Shown here one piece after another: positions 1 to 11,557 of a DNA stretch of 58,315 nucleotides (position 1 is its first letter; each line of letters begins with the position of its first letter). The notes under the pieces are model-generated. The model saw only the letters and a program-made list of their open reading frames with translations, made no database searches and had not been told where the DNA came from. The position numbers and the translations under genes are program-made. The DNA comes from Xylographa opegraphella (lineage: Eukaryota), in assembly GCA_022813865.1 (NCBI GenBank), contig JALDZX010000010.1:496001-554315 (forward strand), written 5' to 3'.

Positions 1-999
1 GAAGCTGGCCAGGTTATAAGGGGGAGCAGCCGCCTGCCGTCAGCACTGATGCATTCAACAGTAGTCACCATTGTCCGCTTAACACCCGCGCCTCTGTAGT
101 CTCGCAGGTCATCCTTACCTATAAGGACTTTAATAGAACCGAGCATGCTTAGCAAGACTCCCGTCTCATCCATATTATAGGTGTTTTCTGGCAGAATAGC
201 CAAATCCTGATCCTGTAGCACCTTTCCGATCAGTTTAAACCACTCTACAATCTTATCATATATGTTATTCCCATGTCGTTTCCAGTCAATCGCTCTAATG
301 GTTTTAGCTTAAAGCCCCGAGCCCAGTTCTTACCCGGAGGCTTGATTGGTTTATTCTTTAATCGGTTGCGGGCGACATAAAAGGCTAGCGAAGGTATAAA
401 CTTTATGCGCACTGGCTGCCCGAGATTAGACAGTAGTAACAAGAATTGAACGACAGCTTTCTCTTCGTCTGGAGTCAGGTATTGCTGGCTTTGAGCCTTT
501 TCCTCTATTGAGCGTCGTCCCTTGTCACGATGATGGAGCGTTGAGAGAGGAACATCGCCCCGTTCTGCAAGAGTAGCGTATGTCCTAGGCACGTCTAGAG
601 AGGCTTGCGCGAGCACCTGGCTGGCTCGGTCCATGTTAGCGATTGTGGTAACGAGTGGCGGATGGCAAGAGGCCATGACACCAATAATGGGCGCGGACGC
701 TAAAACTAGTGGACACATGACTGTCGAAGTTTCTAGAAGAACGCTGCACTTCATTTTAATTCAAATAGTACAGAGTATAATACAAGTGGCTAAATGAATA
801 ATACTCGCCTATGTAAGCGCGCTAAATCTATATGCCAAGACACCGAGCGTTCCCTTGCACGGAGAAACTTTAAAGTGCATGCTCTTTTAAGTGTTACGCA
901 TCTTTAATGCTTGCAAATATATTTTTCTTTAATAGGATTATTATCCTAATCCTCCGAAATTTGAAAATATATTAATAGTCGCGGTAGAGCAGGGGGGTA
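1..999 (-). mobile_element. pogo/Fot1-like (Tc1/mariner superfamily) DNA transposon relic, runs off the window start; transposase disrupted
   Basis: Minus strand from ATG 634: MDRASQVLAQ...VPLSTLHHR...QYLTPDEEKAVV...PPGKNWARGF (HTH plus CENP-B-like HTH). After a frameshift/deletion near 300-312 the frame resumes as AIDWKRH...YNMDETGVLLSMLG...KRTMVTTVECISADGR..LPLITWPA (start of DDE domain). Candidate terminus AGTCGCGGTAGAGCAGGGGGG-TA at about 977-999; flank is AT/TpA-rich. Confidence 0.85.
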
Positions 1000-1235
1000 A
1001 AGCTAATTTAGTCCTAGACGTCGTGAACGGAACGATTGACAGCATGACCAAGATCGTCGTATTCTTCTTATTGCAAACTGGTTTCCTGAGGAGAAATGCG
1101 TAAAGGACATTATTATACTGGCTATAACTTTATAGGCTTACAAGGAAAAGGCTTAAGATGTCTGAACAAAAAAAAAATTCTCGGCACGGGGGGTTTCTCG
1201 CTCACAGGGACGCACCTTACTGTACTTCACTCACC

Positions 1236-2829
1236 ATGTCTACAAAGCACTTTCTTCTCTCTTTTGCTCGACTTGTACATAATGCATTTCCTCTTCAGTC
1301 TGACGTCCGGCTACGCATTTTTCTGGGGATTTCAATAGTATCTGCCATCAGGCTAAACATCAGCGATGCTGGTAAGTGTTCTGTGAAAGTTTTCAGGAAA
1401 GCTGGATTTAACTCTTTGCCCATAGGCTCTATCAAGAATGCTGCAGCCGCTATCGCATATGATATGATGAGCTACTACACTGGGAATCAGACAAATGAAT
1501 CTGCCAATGTCGGTCTTCTTCCAAAACCATATTATTGGTGGGAGGCTGGAGCTATGTGGGGTGCGAGTATGTGTAATCCTGCATTTCCTTCCAATCGTCA
1601 GCTTCAACTTCAAACCATACGACTTGGATTTGGAGAAACACGGTGCTTGAGACATGGTGTAAGGAACGGGCGTGGTCACAAGACCTTTCGCTTGACCGCG
1701 TAGAATACTATTGAGGAAAAGCTGGTTCCGAGATCTATCACTAGTGGTTGACTATTGGTACTATACCGGAGATACAAGTTATAACGACGTGGTGGCGCAA
1801 GCTCTATTATCTCAAGTATCATCTACAAATGACTTCATGATGCCCGCGCAGCATTTCGATCTGGTATACAATTCCTACGACCAAGATTCTCTGCTTTTGG
1901 CTAACGATACTTCGTAGGGCAACGACGGCCAGGTATTCTGGGCTCTTTCAGCCATGGCTGCTGCGGAACACAATTTCCCAAATCCATCCGCTCTCCCCTG
2001 GATCGAAGTTGCTACGAACGTCTTTAATGATGTGGTCAGTCGATGGAATGTTACTACCTGTAACGGTGGGTTGAAATGGCAAATATATTCCAGCAACGCT
2101 GGGTATGACTACAAATCTACCATCACGAATGCCGGCTTCTTCCAGCTCTCAGCACGTCTCGCAAGATACACGGGTAACGCTACCTACCTCGCAATGAATG
2201 AGAAGGTGTGGGACTGGATGACGGGCGTAGGATTGATAAGTGACGGATACAACGTCTACGATGGCACAGATGACACCATCAACTGTAGCTCCGTGAACCG
2301 CGATCAGTGGACATACAATAACGCGGCCATGATATACGGTACTGCAATATTGGCAGACCTGTCAGATGACACAGCTCCTTGGCTAAACCGGACACTCGGC
2401 TTCCTCCAGGCCGCCAAATCTCTGTTCTTCTCGCCTTATGCGGATGCTACAAACGTCATGTTCGAAGCAGAATGCGAACAGCCAAATACTTGCAATGTTG
2501 ATCAATTTAGCTTTAAAGCTTACCTGAGTCGCTGGCTGTATAGCACTGCTAAGCTTCTCCCGCAGCTGGAGAACACAATCATTGGTATTATGGTTCCCAC
2601 CGCGCTGGCAGGCGCTCAGTCATGCTCTGGTGGCAGTAATGGCCGGGCCTGTGGTACGAGGTGGTGGTACGGCGGATGGGATGGTGCTGTGGGCTTGGGA
2701 CAGCAGATGTCTGCTTTGGAGGCTATCCATGGACTTCTTCTTAACACGGTAGATGCACCTTCTGTGGCACCTGTCAGCATATCAGCTATCGCACCACCGT
2801 ACCGCCCTCGACGGAGGCGCCTTCAATGA
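1236..2829 (+). CDS. Glycoside hydrolase family 76 (Dfg5/Dcw1-like alpha-1,6-mannanase/transglycosidase), 4 exons
   Basis: Motifs [72 protein letters not shown]. Introns approx. 1372-1424, 1568-1744, 1864-1917. Confidence 0.9.
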
Positions 2830-3351
2830 GGACAAGCTGTGGACTTCTAGAGTTTTATGAAATATCCTGTTCAACCAAAGAAGATTGTACATAGCGCTTG
2901 CCATAGAGACAGTCATAGATCGAGAATATAATATCAAGATATTGTCTACTAGGGGTCTCTTTCTTGATAAGGCGTTTCGTCCTCTGTGCTGTATACTTAT
3001 ATAATTAATTACTGGGTTGGCTACTTTTTTATACTAGTAAATACCTAGGTATGGTCGAGTACCTATTTCGCTACGAGTGGGTTTTCAACCAATAGAAATG
3101 TCTTAAAATATACACTTTTAATGCCTGCAGAGTACCGGAAGTTCAGGGCAAGCATTCATAAATTTATGCTTAATTAATTCGGCAGCTACTTGCACCTCCC
3201 ACGGATTATGGGTCCCGAGGTCGTCGGCCAGGCACCCGTATGAGGTCCGCCAAAATCCGAGTTAATAAGTACTCCGTGATGCCGTTCTCCTCTCACATCA
3301 CCTCGGTAGCACACGCCTCAGTCCCAGAATCCGCTTTCACCGACTGTCACC

Positions 3352-4486
3352 ATGGGTCAGATGTACAGCACCATATTCCCGCCTCCGGCCAAACTGACGG
3401 AGAAGAACCTGGACGACCAGACTGGCAAAGTAAACAACAGTCGCTGCGTGTCGCCCCGACAGACTGACAGAAATAGGTTTTTGTCGTTACTGGTGCCTCA
3501 ACGGGTGTCGGTGAACAGCTTGCCACCATCCTCTATGGGCACAATGCGAGAGTCTACATCGCCGCGAGATCGGAGGAGAATGGCTCGAAAGCCATCAAGC
3601 GTATCGAAGCACGACACCCTACCTCGAAAGGCAAACTCACCTTCATCCATCTCGATCTCGGCGACCTTACTACCATTCGCAAATCCGCAGAAACATTTCT
3701 GTCGAAGGAAGAACGCCTCGATGTGTTATGGCTGAATGCAGGAGTGATGGTTCCCCCAAAAGGTTCCAAGACCGCGCAGGGCTACGAACTCCAACTCGGG
3801 ACGAACTGCATCGGGCACTTCATGTTTGCGAATCTGCTACGTCCGATCTTGGCAAAGACGGCGGCTTCCAGCCCCCCGAATAGTGTACGCGTGGTCTGGG
3901 TGTCATCTTCCGCCGTCAACTTTGCGCCGAAAAATGCCATCGACTTCTCGAATATGGATTATAAAAAGGACGAGATGGCGTGGACGAAATATGGAAGAAG
4001 CAAAGCGGGAAATGTTATTCACAGTACGGAGTTCGCCAGAAGGGCGAAAGACGAGGGAATCATTAGTCTAGTATGGGCCCGTTGTGTCGTTGTGATAATA
4101 TATGCTGACCACTGCAGAGCCTAAATCCTGGCAACCTTGCTTCTGATTTGCAGAGACACGTACCATGGTGGCAAATGGCCTTGATTGTAGGTTGTGACCA
4201 TGGAATGCATTGGCCACGATGCTAAAAATGTTTAGAAAGCAACGTTGTATCCTGCCATCCAAGGGGCTTATACCGAGCTTTACGCAGGGCTCTCTCCGGA
4301 CATCACAATGGACCATACTGGTGGATGGGGTAAGCTAAAGCATCACTTCCACAAGAGACTTTTCGACTAACTTTGGTAGTTGCTCCCTGGGGACGTCTGG
4401 TGCCAGGAAGGAAGGATCTTCACGAACCGGAGCTCGGACGTAAGTACTGGGAATGGACGGAGGAGCAGGTCAAGCCGTATTTGTGA
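3352..4486 (+). CDS. Short-chain dehydrogenase/reductase (retinol dehydrogenase/WWOX-like), 5 exons
   Basis: VVTGASTGVG Rossmann motif, LDVLWLNAGVM, GTNCIGHF, YGRSK catalytic YxxxK, LNPG. Spliced end PWGR...YWEWTEEQVKPYL* at 4486. Confidence 0.9.
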
Positions 4487-5211
4487 TCCTGGACGAATGT
4501 CTTTTTGAGGTGCAACTATACCGTAACTAATGGAATCGTACTAAGAGGATCCGCACTCCGTGTATATGGCTTTCTTTGGCACTACTTCTTACAAACATGG
4601 ATTATTTCCGGGTTTACGATTGTTATCATGTGACTCGTCATGAAGACCTTGCATACGCGATGTTGTGGGTTGAGGTTCACTCTAGGTGTGCAGCAACTTC
4701 TCAGGTGCTCTGATCACTCTCCCTCTCGTATTGCACATATGTCGATCACTGAGCCGGGAGGAATCCCTTTTGAAGCCTATGTTGCGCTAGTCTTACACTG
4801 TTGGATTCGATATAGCAAGCTTTCAGCCACAGCAACGACAATCTGATAGCACCGTCAAGTTGCGGTTGAGTTCGAGACGTCACAAGGGGGGAGGCTTGAA
4901 GGCAGAAAGGGGGGGAGGAAGCTGACACTCAGCAACGGGAAGCTTATTTAAGGCGTGAAGGGAGCACAGTCTGCAAAATGTTGGTTTGGTAAGGAGTAAA
5001 CCGCAACAGGATTCTATAGCTTTGGGTTTTGGAGACTCTCCACTTGGGTAAAGACTATGGTGCGGTCTGTGGCAATTTGGAGGGGTGAAGTTGATTCGAT
5101 TAAGGTGATCATGATATGTTTGGGCGAAGCCTTAGATATAACTTGAGGTAACTATAAAGAGAGTAGTGAGTGCGATGAAGCGGAATAAAGCAGCCCCAAG
5201 CATAAGATATC

Positions 5212-5271
5212 CACCCCAAGCATATCAAGGGCGCTGTTGCTGTAGGCTGGGCAAGTTACCTGACCAGCCTC
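5212..5271. repeat. 60-bp inverted copy of 5829-5888
   Basis: 5212-5271 matches the reverse complement of 5829-5888 at 57/60 nt by manual alignment. Confidence 0.9.
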
Positions 5272-5402
5272 TATAGTAAGGCTAGCTTCCATTTCGTGTA
5301 GTCGGATCACAGCACGGGTGGGCCTGTTCCGTCGCGTAATCTCTCGTTACGAGTTGTAGCAGACTTCCGCCCCAACAGCGCCCTTGATTGCAGCGTAGCT
5401 GC

Positions 5403-5449
5403 TACCAGGTGATCCAGCGTGAGGGGACATCTCGCTGGATCACCTGGTA
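5403..5449. repeat. Perfect 17-bp inverted repeat (hairpin, 13-nt loop)
   Basis: TACCAGGTGATCCAGCG (5403-5419) ... CGCTGGATCACCTGGTA (5433-5449). Confidence 0.9.
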
Positions 5450-5639
5450 CTACTAGAAGAAGGCCCAAGTTGCTACAAGCTCAACCACCTCTCTGCCCCG
5501 GCTGCATACCTTATCCAAATTCATGTTAACTCCAAATCGATATTTGCCCTTCAATACCGTTGTATATATTATATACGTCGTTAGCTAAGTGTATCCCCTG
5601 CAAGCACGAGATGACTACGTACCAGCTTCAACATCAAAT

Positions 5640-7723
5640 CTAAATCCTAGGTTGTAAAATAGCCAACATCGAGACCGGATGATAGTATAATTTATTACCT
5701 AGGTCTTGCTGCTCCTTCTCCATACTTCTTAGGGTCTCCCTTTTGTGGTTTTCCGCGAAGCGAGATGTCATTTCTTCTGCATTGCGGGAACGTCCTGACA
5801 TAATCCATGCTAACTGGGCCTTCTCTCTGAGGCTGGTCAGGTAACTTGACCAGCCTGCACCAACAGCGCCCTTGATATGCTTGGGGTGAAAAAGAAGGCC
5901 CTTCGGGCCTTCGGCTATCCTCCAAATTTGTCTCATCACCAGGTGCCGAGCTCCCCTCGGGGTTCCTTCGGGGCTCGAGGTCGCAGGCTTCCATATTTCA
6001 ACACACTTCATTGTACTTGAATCGATAATTCGGACCAGCGAGTGAATTGCCTCATCGTGAAGAGGGTCCTTGAATAGCCTGTCCCTTATCCTTAAGTGCG
6101 TCATGAGGTCGTCCAGACAAAAGTCATCCTAACAGGAACCGTGCAAACAGAAATCGTTTGGAAAGAAAAACCGTGTAGAGAGAAATCACTGCAACAAAGA
6201 TCGTCCGAGAAGAATTCGTATGGACAAGGGTCGTCCATGTAGACTTTTTGATACCTTTAGATGCCGATAACAGAGGTTTGTAAAGGTCCTGAGCTGGGGA
6301 TGGCGTTAGGTAAGAATGGGCCCCAAGCTCACTGGACGGCTCAATTTACCGATGATTTGACCGACTGCGAGAGCAAGATATCAACTGCAATTCCGATGAG
6401 TCCCATCGGGACCATAATACTTTCGCAGAGGAAATAAGGTGCTGCCTAACCTTTTCAATGCCAGGACCGGACCCCAAAACCGTATGTCGCGAATTGACAT
6501 ATCAGAATTCTTTTCGGGGCTGAAATGTATTGAGCAGACTACGAAGTCAAGGTGTTTTTCCAGGTCTATCAGATCCTCATACGTACTTCTAAAAATCTTC
6601 ATACATTTCTCGTCATCGTTGAAGAATTTCGGTTTCCAAGGGACAGGGCTTGGACAGTCCGACACACGGTCCTTCGGAAGAATAGCGACATTTCGTTCTT
6701 CTATCTTGTCCTTGCTGAGAACGTCGTCCCGGTCGAGTACCACAGGGAAATCTCTCTTCTTGGAGCCGATCTCAGGAGATTTACCACATCTAAAGGCATG
6801 AAGAGCTACAGCCTTTTCGAACCTAGGCAATCCTTGCTACGCAGGGATCCAGCTTGATCCGAAAATCTTTTTAGCCCAAACCTCATCTGGTCGCTCGTGT
6901 ACCGCTGATGCACTCAGATACCTTCGTGGATCGAAAGATAATGCGGTCTCAACATTGTCATCCGATAGAGGATCAGTGTTTTCTTTCAAGCTATTTTGAT
7001 CCGCTTGAGAGATAGGCGAGAAGTCTGTCTCAAATATCCCGTCCTTGCTAGTTTGTATGATCCATCTAGCAATATGGTCGGCGCGTTCAGTCAGTGATTC
7101 CTTAGAGACGCCAGCATCCTGCAGTTGATCAGTTGTTCGATTCCACACTTCGCGCAACTTGACTGTGGATTCTGTGGTCTCGCTGGAGAATATCGACCTA
7201 TCATCGGCAACACGATGTTCTTGGGTAATCTTCTTAAGCGCTTTTTCCACTCGGACGAGGAAGAAACTTTGGCGAACTGATCTCCAATTAGCAGCGCTGC
7301 GAGTCGTGAGAGATAGTACATTTCAGATACTTACTTCGTCAAGCCAACATTATATGCAGTCAGGCAGGCGATGTTCGTATCCAGTGTCTTCTGGAGCTTG
7401 GTAACATTTTCCCGACCAAGCTTGAAGTGATTCCACACACTCTGCTCCTTCGTACTGAACGCTTCATACTTCTCCAGCAGCTTTGCAAGGTCGTTCAGCA
7501 CTTCGTCACAGGCTTTGATCAGCATGGCGAGGTCAGCACTTTTCTCGGGAGTCAATTTCGTCTTCTCGACGTTCTCTTTATTTTGCTTCAGCACGATGTG
7601 CAGCAGCCCGGCTTGGCTGCTGATTGCCATGAAGTGTTCCGAGGACTGACTGCAGAGCTGATATAGCATGAAAGCTTTGCCAGCTACTGCGATGATGTCG
7701 CCGATGCCGAATCCAAAGCTCAT
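5640..7723 (-). pseudogene. Multi-exon gene with fungal STAND-associated/HeLo-like helical N-terminal domain and unrecognised C-terminus; probable pseudogene
   Basis: Starts MSFGFGIGDIIAVAGKAFMLYQLC...C.EVL.DL..LLEKY, typical of this N-terminal domain family. Intron GTAAGT at about 7336. ORFs 6837-7250 and 6381-6830 are in the same frame, separated by one TAG (6837-6839). The 3' exon structure is uncertain. Confidence 0.55.
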
Positions 7724-7753
7724 GATGGGATCGATGAATTGGTCTCTCCGATG

Positions 7754-7813
7754 GATAGAAGCAAAGAGAGAGATCGAAGCAAAGAGAGAGATAGAAGCAA
7801 AGAGAGAGATAGA
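7754..7813. repeat. 18-bp tandem repeat, about 3.3 copies
   Basis: GAT(A/C)GAAGCAAAGAGAGA x3 plus GATAGA, just upstream of the ATG at 7723. Confidence 0.9.
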
Positions 7814-8039
7814 TAATCCGTCAGAGATGGTGCCGCAAGGGCGGGGTCTGGACATTCACATTGCCTGATTTGTCTTGTGCGACCAGAATGTTACATGAGC
7901 CTCCTCTTGGTCATATATAAACGAGTATTGAACGGTTGAATACTCTGTATTGTGCCTATGGTAAAGATGCTACATCAGCTAGAAAGTCTTGCGCGATTAT
8001 TTTCGAAAGTAGACCATGGCAGCCCTGATCTCTGCGTTC

Positions 8040-9119
8040 TCAATCCTCTGCAGCCTCCCGCATTAGCTGTTCTTGTGCTTGCATAGCCTTCTTTGCCACC
8101 TCTCCCATATCTCCCTTCTCCTTTCCATCAAAGACTTCCATACTGAACCAGCTCCTGTACCCAGTCTTCAGAACTGCCCTTGCGACCTCGACTACTGGTA
8201 GATATCCTCCCTGGAACGGTAACGGCCGCCAATCATGACTCCACCTCCCCCTCGCCCTTAAGCCTTGCTCATCCGTTCCCTTGTCCATGGGAGGATCCAT
8301 CTTGTACGCATCTGATATCTGCAGGAAGTAGATCATCGCTGGCGGAATGGTCTTGCTCATCTCCTCTAAGCTCTTTTTGAAATCGTGTTCCATTTGCGAA
8401 GTGCTGACGCCAGGTGACTCGAGGAGACCTGATGAGGTCGTGGGGTCCGCCCATTCACTTCCAGCGGTTTGGAAGGTGTCGAGGCAAAGACCAATGTTCG
8501 GGCGATTCGCCAGGCGAACGATGTCGTAAACGGTACGCCATGTCGGGGTGTGGGTCGCCCAGCACCAGTTCTCGTAGGCGAGGCGGAATGAGTGAGGGGC
8601 GAGAAGGTCGGCGAGGGCAGCGAGGTCGGAAGCCAGACTTTGAAACGAAGATGTTATGCTTGGAGAGTCCGACGACCCGACCTAGAGACAATGAGCGGAG
8701 CCCATTGAAGCAAGGGGTGATGATTCGGAGGTCACCTGCAGCATATCCGTCCCTACAGCCTGCATGATCCTGATCCATCCCGCCGCGCGCTCAAATGCAT
8801 CCTTCCGCTCTGGAGACCCCTCCGGCCATCCCTCGAAATTGGAGAATGGCTGGAGAACCAATATCTTCAAGTGCTGATCCGCACATAGCTTCTTGACTTC
8901 CTTGCCAGCGGTGCAGAGACTATCGAAGTCGTTTTCCGCGATCTCCTTCTTGAAGTGGGTGTTCGCGAAGTTCCGCAAGTCTGGGAAGGAGAGCTCGATG
9001 GCATCGAAGCCGGCGGCGGAGATGCTGTCGAGCTTGGCAGGGAGGGGGTCGGTGGGGCTACCAATGCTGCAGCTAGCGTAGCAGGTAGGGACACGGAGAG
9101 GGCCGTTGATTGCGCTCAT
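8040..9119 (-). CDS. Xylose-isomerase-like TIM-barrel protein (AP_endonuc_2 fold), 3-dehydroshikimate dehydratase QutC/Qa-4-like, 2 exons
   Basis: KLDSISAAGFDAIELSFPD, LQPFSNFEGW, LAYENWCW, NIGLCLDTFQ, LQISDA, WSHDWRPLP, FSMEVF. One intron at about 8680-8732. Confidence 0.8.
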
Positions 9120-9378
9120 GATTGTTTTGCTTGGGCTGCTCAAGCACATTACAGAGTCTCTACAGCTATCTCCCAGGAAATAGACAAGCTTGGTTATGCC
9201 ATGATGTCGGGGCTGCGTCACTGTTTGCGTCTGGGTGAGCCGTCGCTGGCACCAAGCGATCCGAAGGCCATTGCCTGGCTCAGCGTCCCTGGAACTTCAG
9301 TTCGAAGGTGCTGCGTCTTGCCCATGAACATTTTGAACAGATTGTTGTCTACATTTGTCAAGCAACGGCTCTACTAAG

Positions 9379-11085
9379 ATGGATATCAAGAAGGTTTGGC
9401 TTGCTCGAGATCGAAAGCTACCATTCATATGCTAACCGCTTGACCATTCATATGCTAACCGCTTGACCATCCAGATAGCAATGGTAGGGGCGGGGAGTAT
9501 GGGAGGCATGATGTCTCTTCTACTCGCGGAGCTGGGCACGGAAGTCGTCGTGTACGACCCATCCGAGGAAAACGTCCAAGCTTTAATGAAGAAGGCCAAG
9601 GACACTGGATTGGAACATCAATTATCATCCGAGAAAGATCACGAATCCTTATGTAAAGCCCTTCCCTCGCCCAAGATCTTCTTCTTCAGCCTGCCTCATG
9701 GAAGCGTTGGTGACAAGACCGTGGAGAGCTTAAAACCATTTCTGAAGTCCGGCGACTTCATCTTCGATGCCTCTAACGAGCATTATGCAAGTACGGAGCG
9801 CCGACAGAAGATGTGCGAGCCCCTTGGAGTGAACTTCATTGGGTCTGGTGTTTCTGGTGGCTATCAATCTGCTCGCCATGGTCCTTCAATGTCTCCAGGT
9901 GGTAGCAAGGAAGCTGTGGAAAAGATGCTACCTTTCTTGAGGAAAGCGGCTGCAAAAGATGCTCAAGGGCGTCCTTGCGTTGCCTGGATGGGCGAAGGAG
10001 GAGCCGGACATTATGTGAAAATGGTCCACAACGGCATTGAGCAGGGAATGATGTCCGCTTTGTGTGAGACATGGGGGATTATGACTCAATGCCTGGGCAT
10101 GAAGTATGAGGAGATTGCAGAAACTTTTGAGGAATGGGATACTAAGGGTGAGCTTGTAAGTAGAAAGCCAGTTTCGTTCCTACATGCCCTCATGCTGAAC
10201 TCCTATGTGCTCACGTCAATTCCAAGTTCAAAAACTTCCTGGTCTCCATTGGTTCAGACATTTGCAGAACGAAGGATCCAAAAGACAACTCCTATGTCCT
10301 CGACAAAGTCAAAGACAAGGTCGTGCAAGACGTCGACGAAACGGAAGGCACGGGTACATGGACAATCGAGGAAGGCAGCCGGCTGCACGTCGCCATACCC
10401 ACCATCACTGCCGCGCACATGTTCCGCCTCTCGTCCGCCGATGCGGCGCAACGAATTCACGTCCACAAAAGCCTCGAGGGCCAGATCAAAGTCGGCAGAA
10501 TAGAGGTACCGGATAAGAAGGCATTTATTGAAGATCTACGCAAAGCCACGTACGCCGCCTTCCTGATGTCCTTCGTCCAAGGTCTAGATCTGCTCGAACA
10601 CATCAATCAGGAAAAGAAATGGAACCTCGACTTCAGCTCCATCATCTCGATATGGCGTGGCGGCTGCATCATCCAATCGGACCACATCTCCGACCTGCTC
10701 GGCAAGGTCTTCGAGCACCACAAGCACATCCACGGCAACCTCCTGACCGTGCACGAAGTCGGACACGAGCTCCTGAGATGCTACCCCGCGCTGAAGAACG
10801 TCGTCCTCAAAGCGGTCGAGGCGGACGCACATATCCCGAGCCTGAGCGCGTCGTGGTCGTACTTCCGCTACTCCGGCGACGTGAACCTGCCGACCCAGTT
10901 CATGGAGGCCGAGCTCGACTACTTCGGCAATCATATGTTCGACCTCAAGGGCGCGGGGCCGGGGAAGCCCGTCACAGGTGAGTTTTTGGGCATATGTCGC
11001 TTCTGAATCGTGCTGAGTGCAATGGTCAGGTACGCATCATTTCGAATGGCATCCGGCCAGGGGGATCAGCGAGGGACATCGCTGA
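9379..11085 (+). CDS. 6-phosphogluconate dehydrogenase-family protein (divergent paralogue, not canonical GND1), 4 exons
   Basis: MDIKK/IAMVGAGSMG, DASNE, GSGVSGG..SARHGPS, GAGHYVKMVHNGIEQG, IWRGGCII, DYFGNH, HHFEW. Introns about 9394-9474, 10156-10226, 10978-11029. Confidence 0.9.
9420..9465 (+). repeat. 23-bp tandem duplication containing the intron branch site
   Basis: ACCATTCATATGCTAACCGCTTG x2 inside intron 1 of the 6PGD-like gene. Confidence 0.9.
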
Positions 11086-11557
11086 TGGTGTCGCCTCGGG
11101 GATTCAATCTTGCATCGAGTCGTACATCAATGAACATAACCCGCACATCACGAACATCGGCGGAGAAGGCATGTACAAATATACTAGCTATGTCCGACGA
11201 ATCAGAAAACCGTCATCAAGTATCGCCCGTAGCTCGCTCTACGCATCCGTGATCTTCATCTCCAGCCGCCCGAACCCCCATCGCCTGACGTGAGTAAAAC
11301 CACCTTTAAGAGAAAAGAACAAAACCGCCGCCCTGTCTGTGCCAGACACTCCACCATGCCCGTTGGGGGGGGGTGGGGGGTGGGTATACCATCATACACA
11401 TATCCCCTGCCCAAACTCCACGCTTGCAAAGTCCCAAACCCCGATCCGTTTCCCCCCCTCGCACCTCTCACAACCCCGAATGACATGACTTTTTTCTCTC
11501 CCGCCAGCAACCTCCGCCCTTCCCCATCCCCACCTACCCACCGCACGCAAAAGGCCT

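Noticed and set aside
1568..1744. Long GH76 intron 2 with an internal acceptor-like site at 1703 (possible nested intron/stwintron)
   Set aside because: Using 1703 gives an immediate stop, and no interrupted donor or acceptor could be reconstructed.
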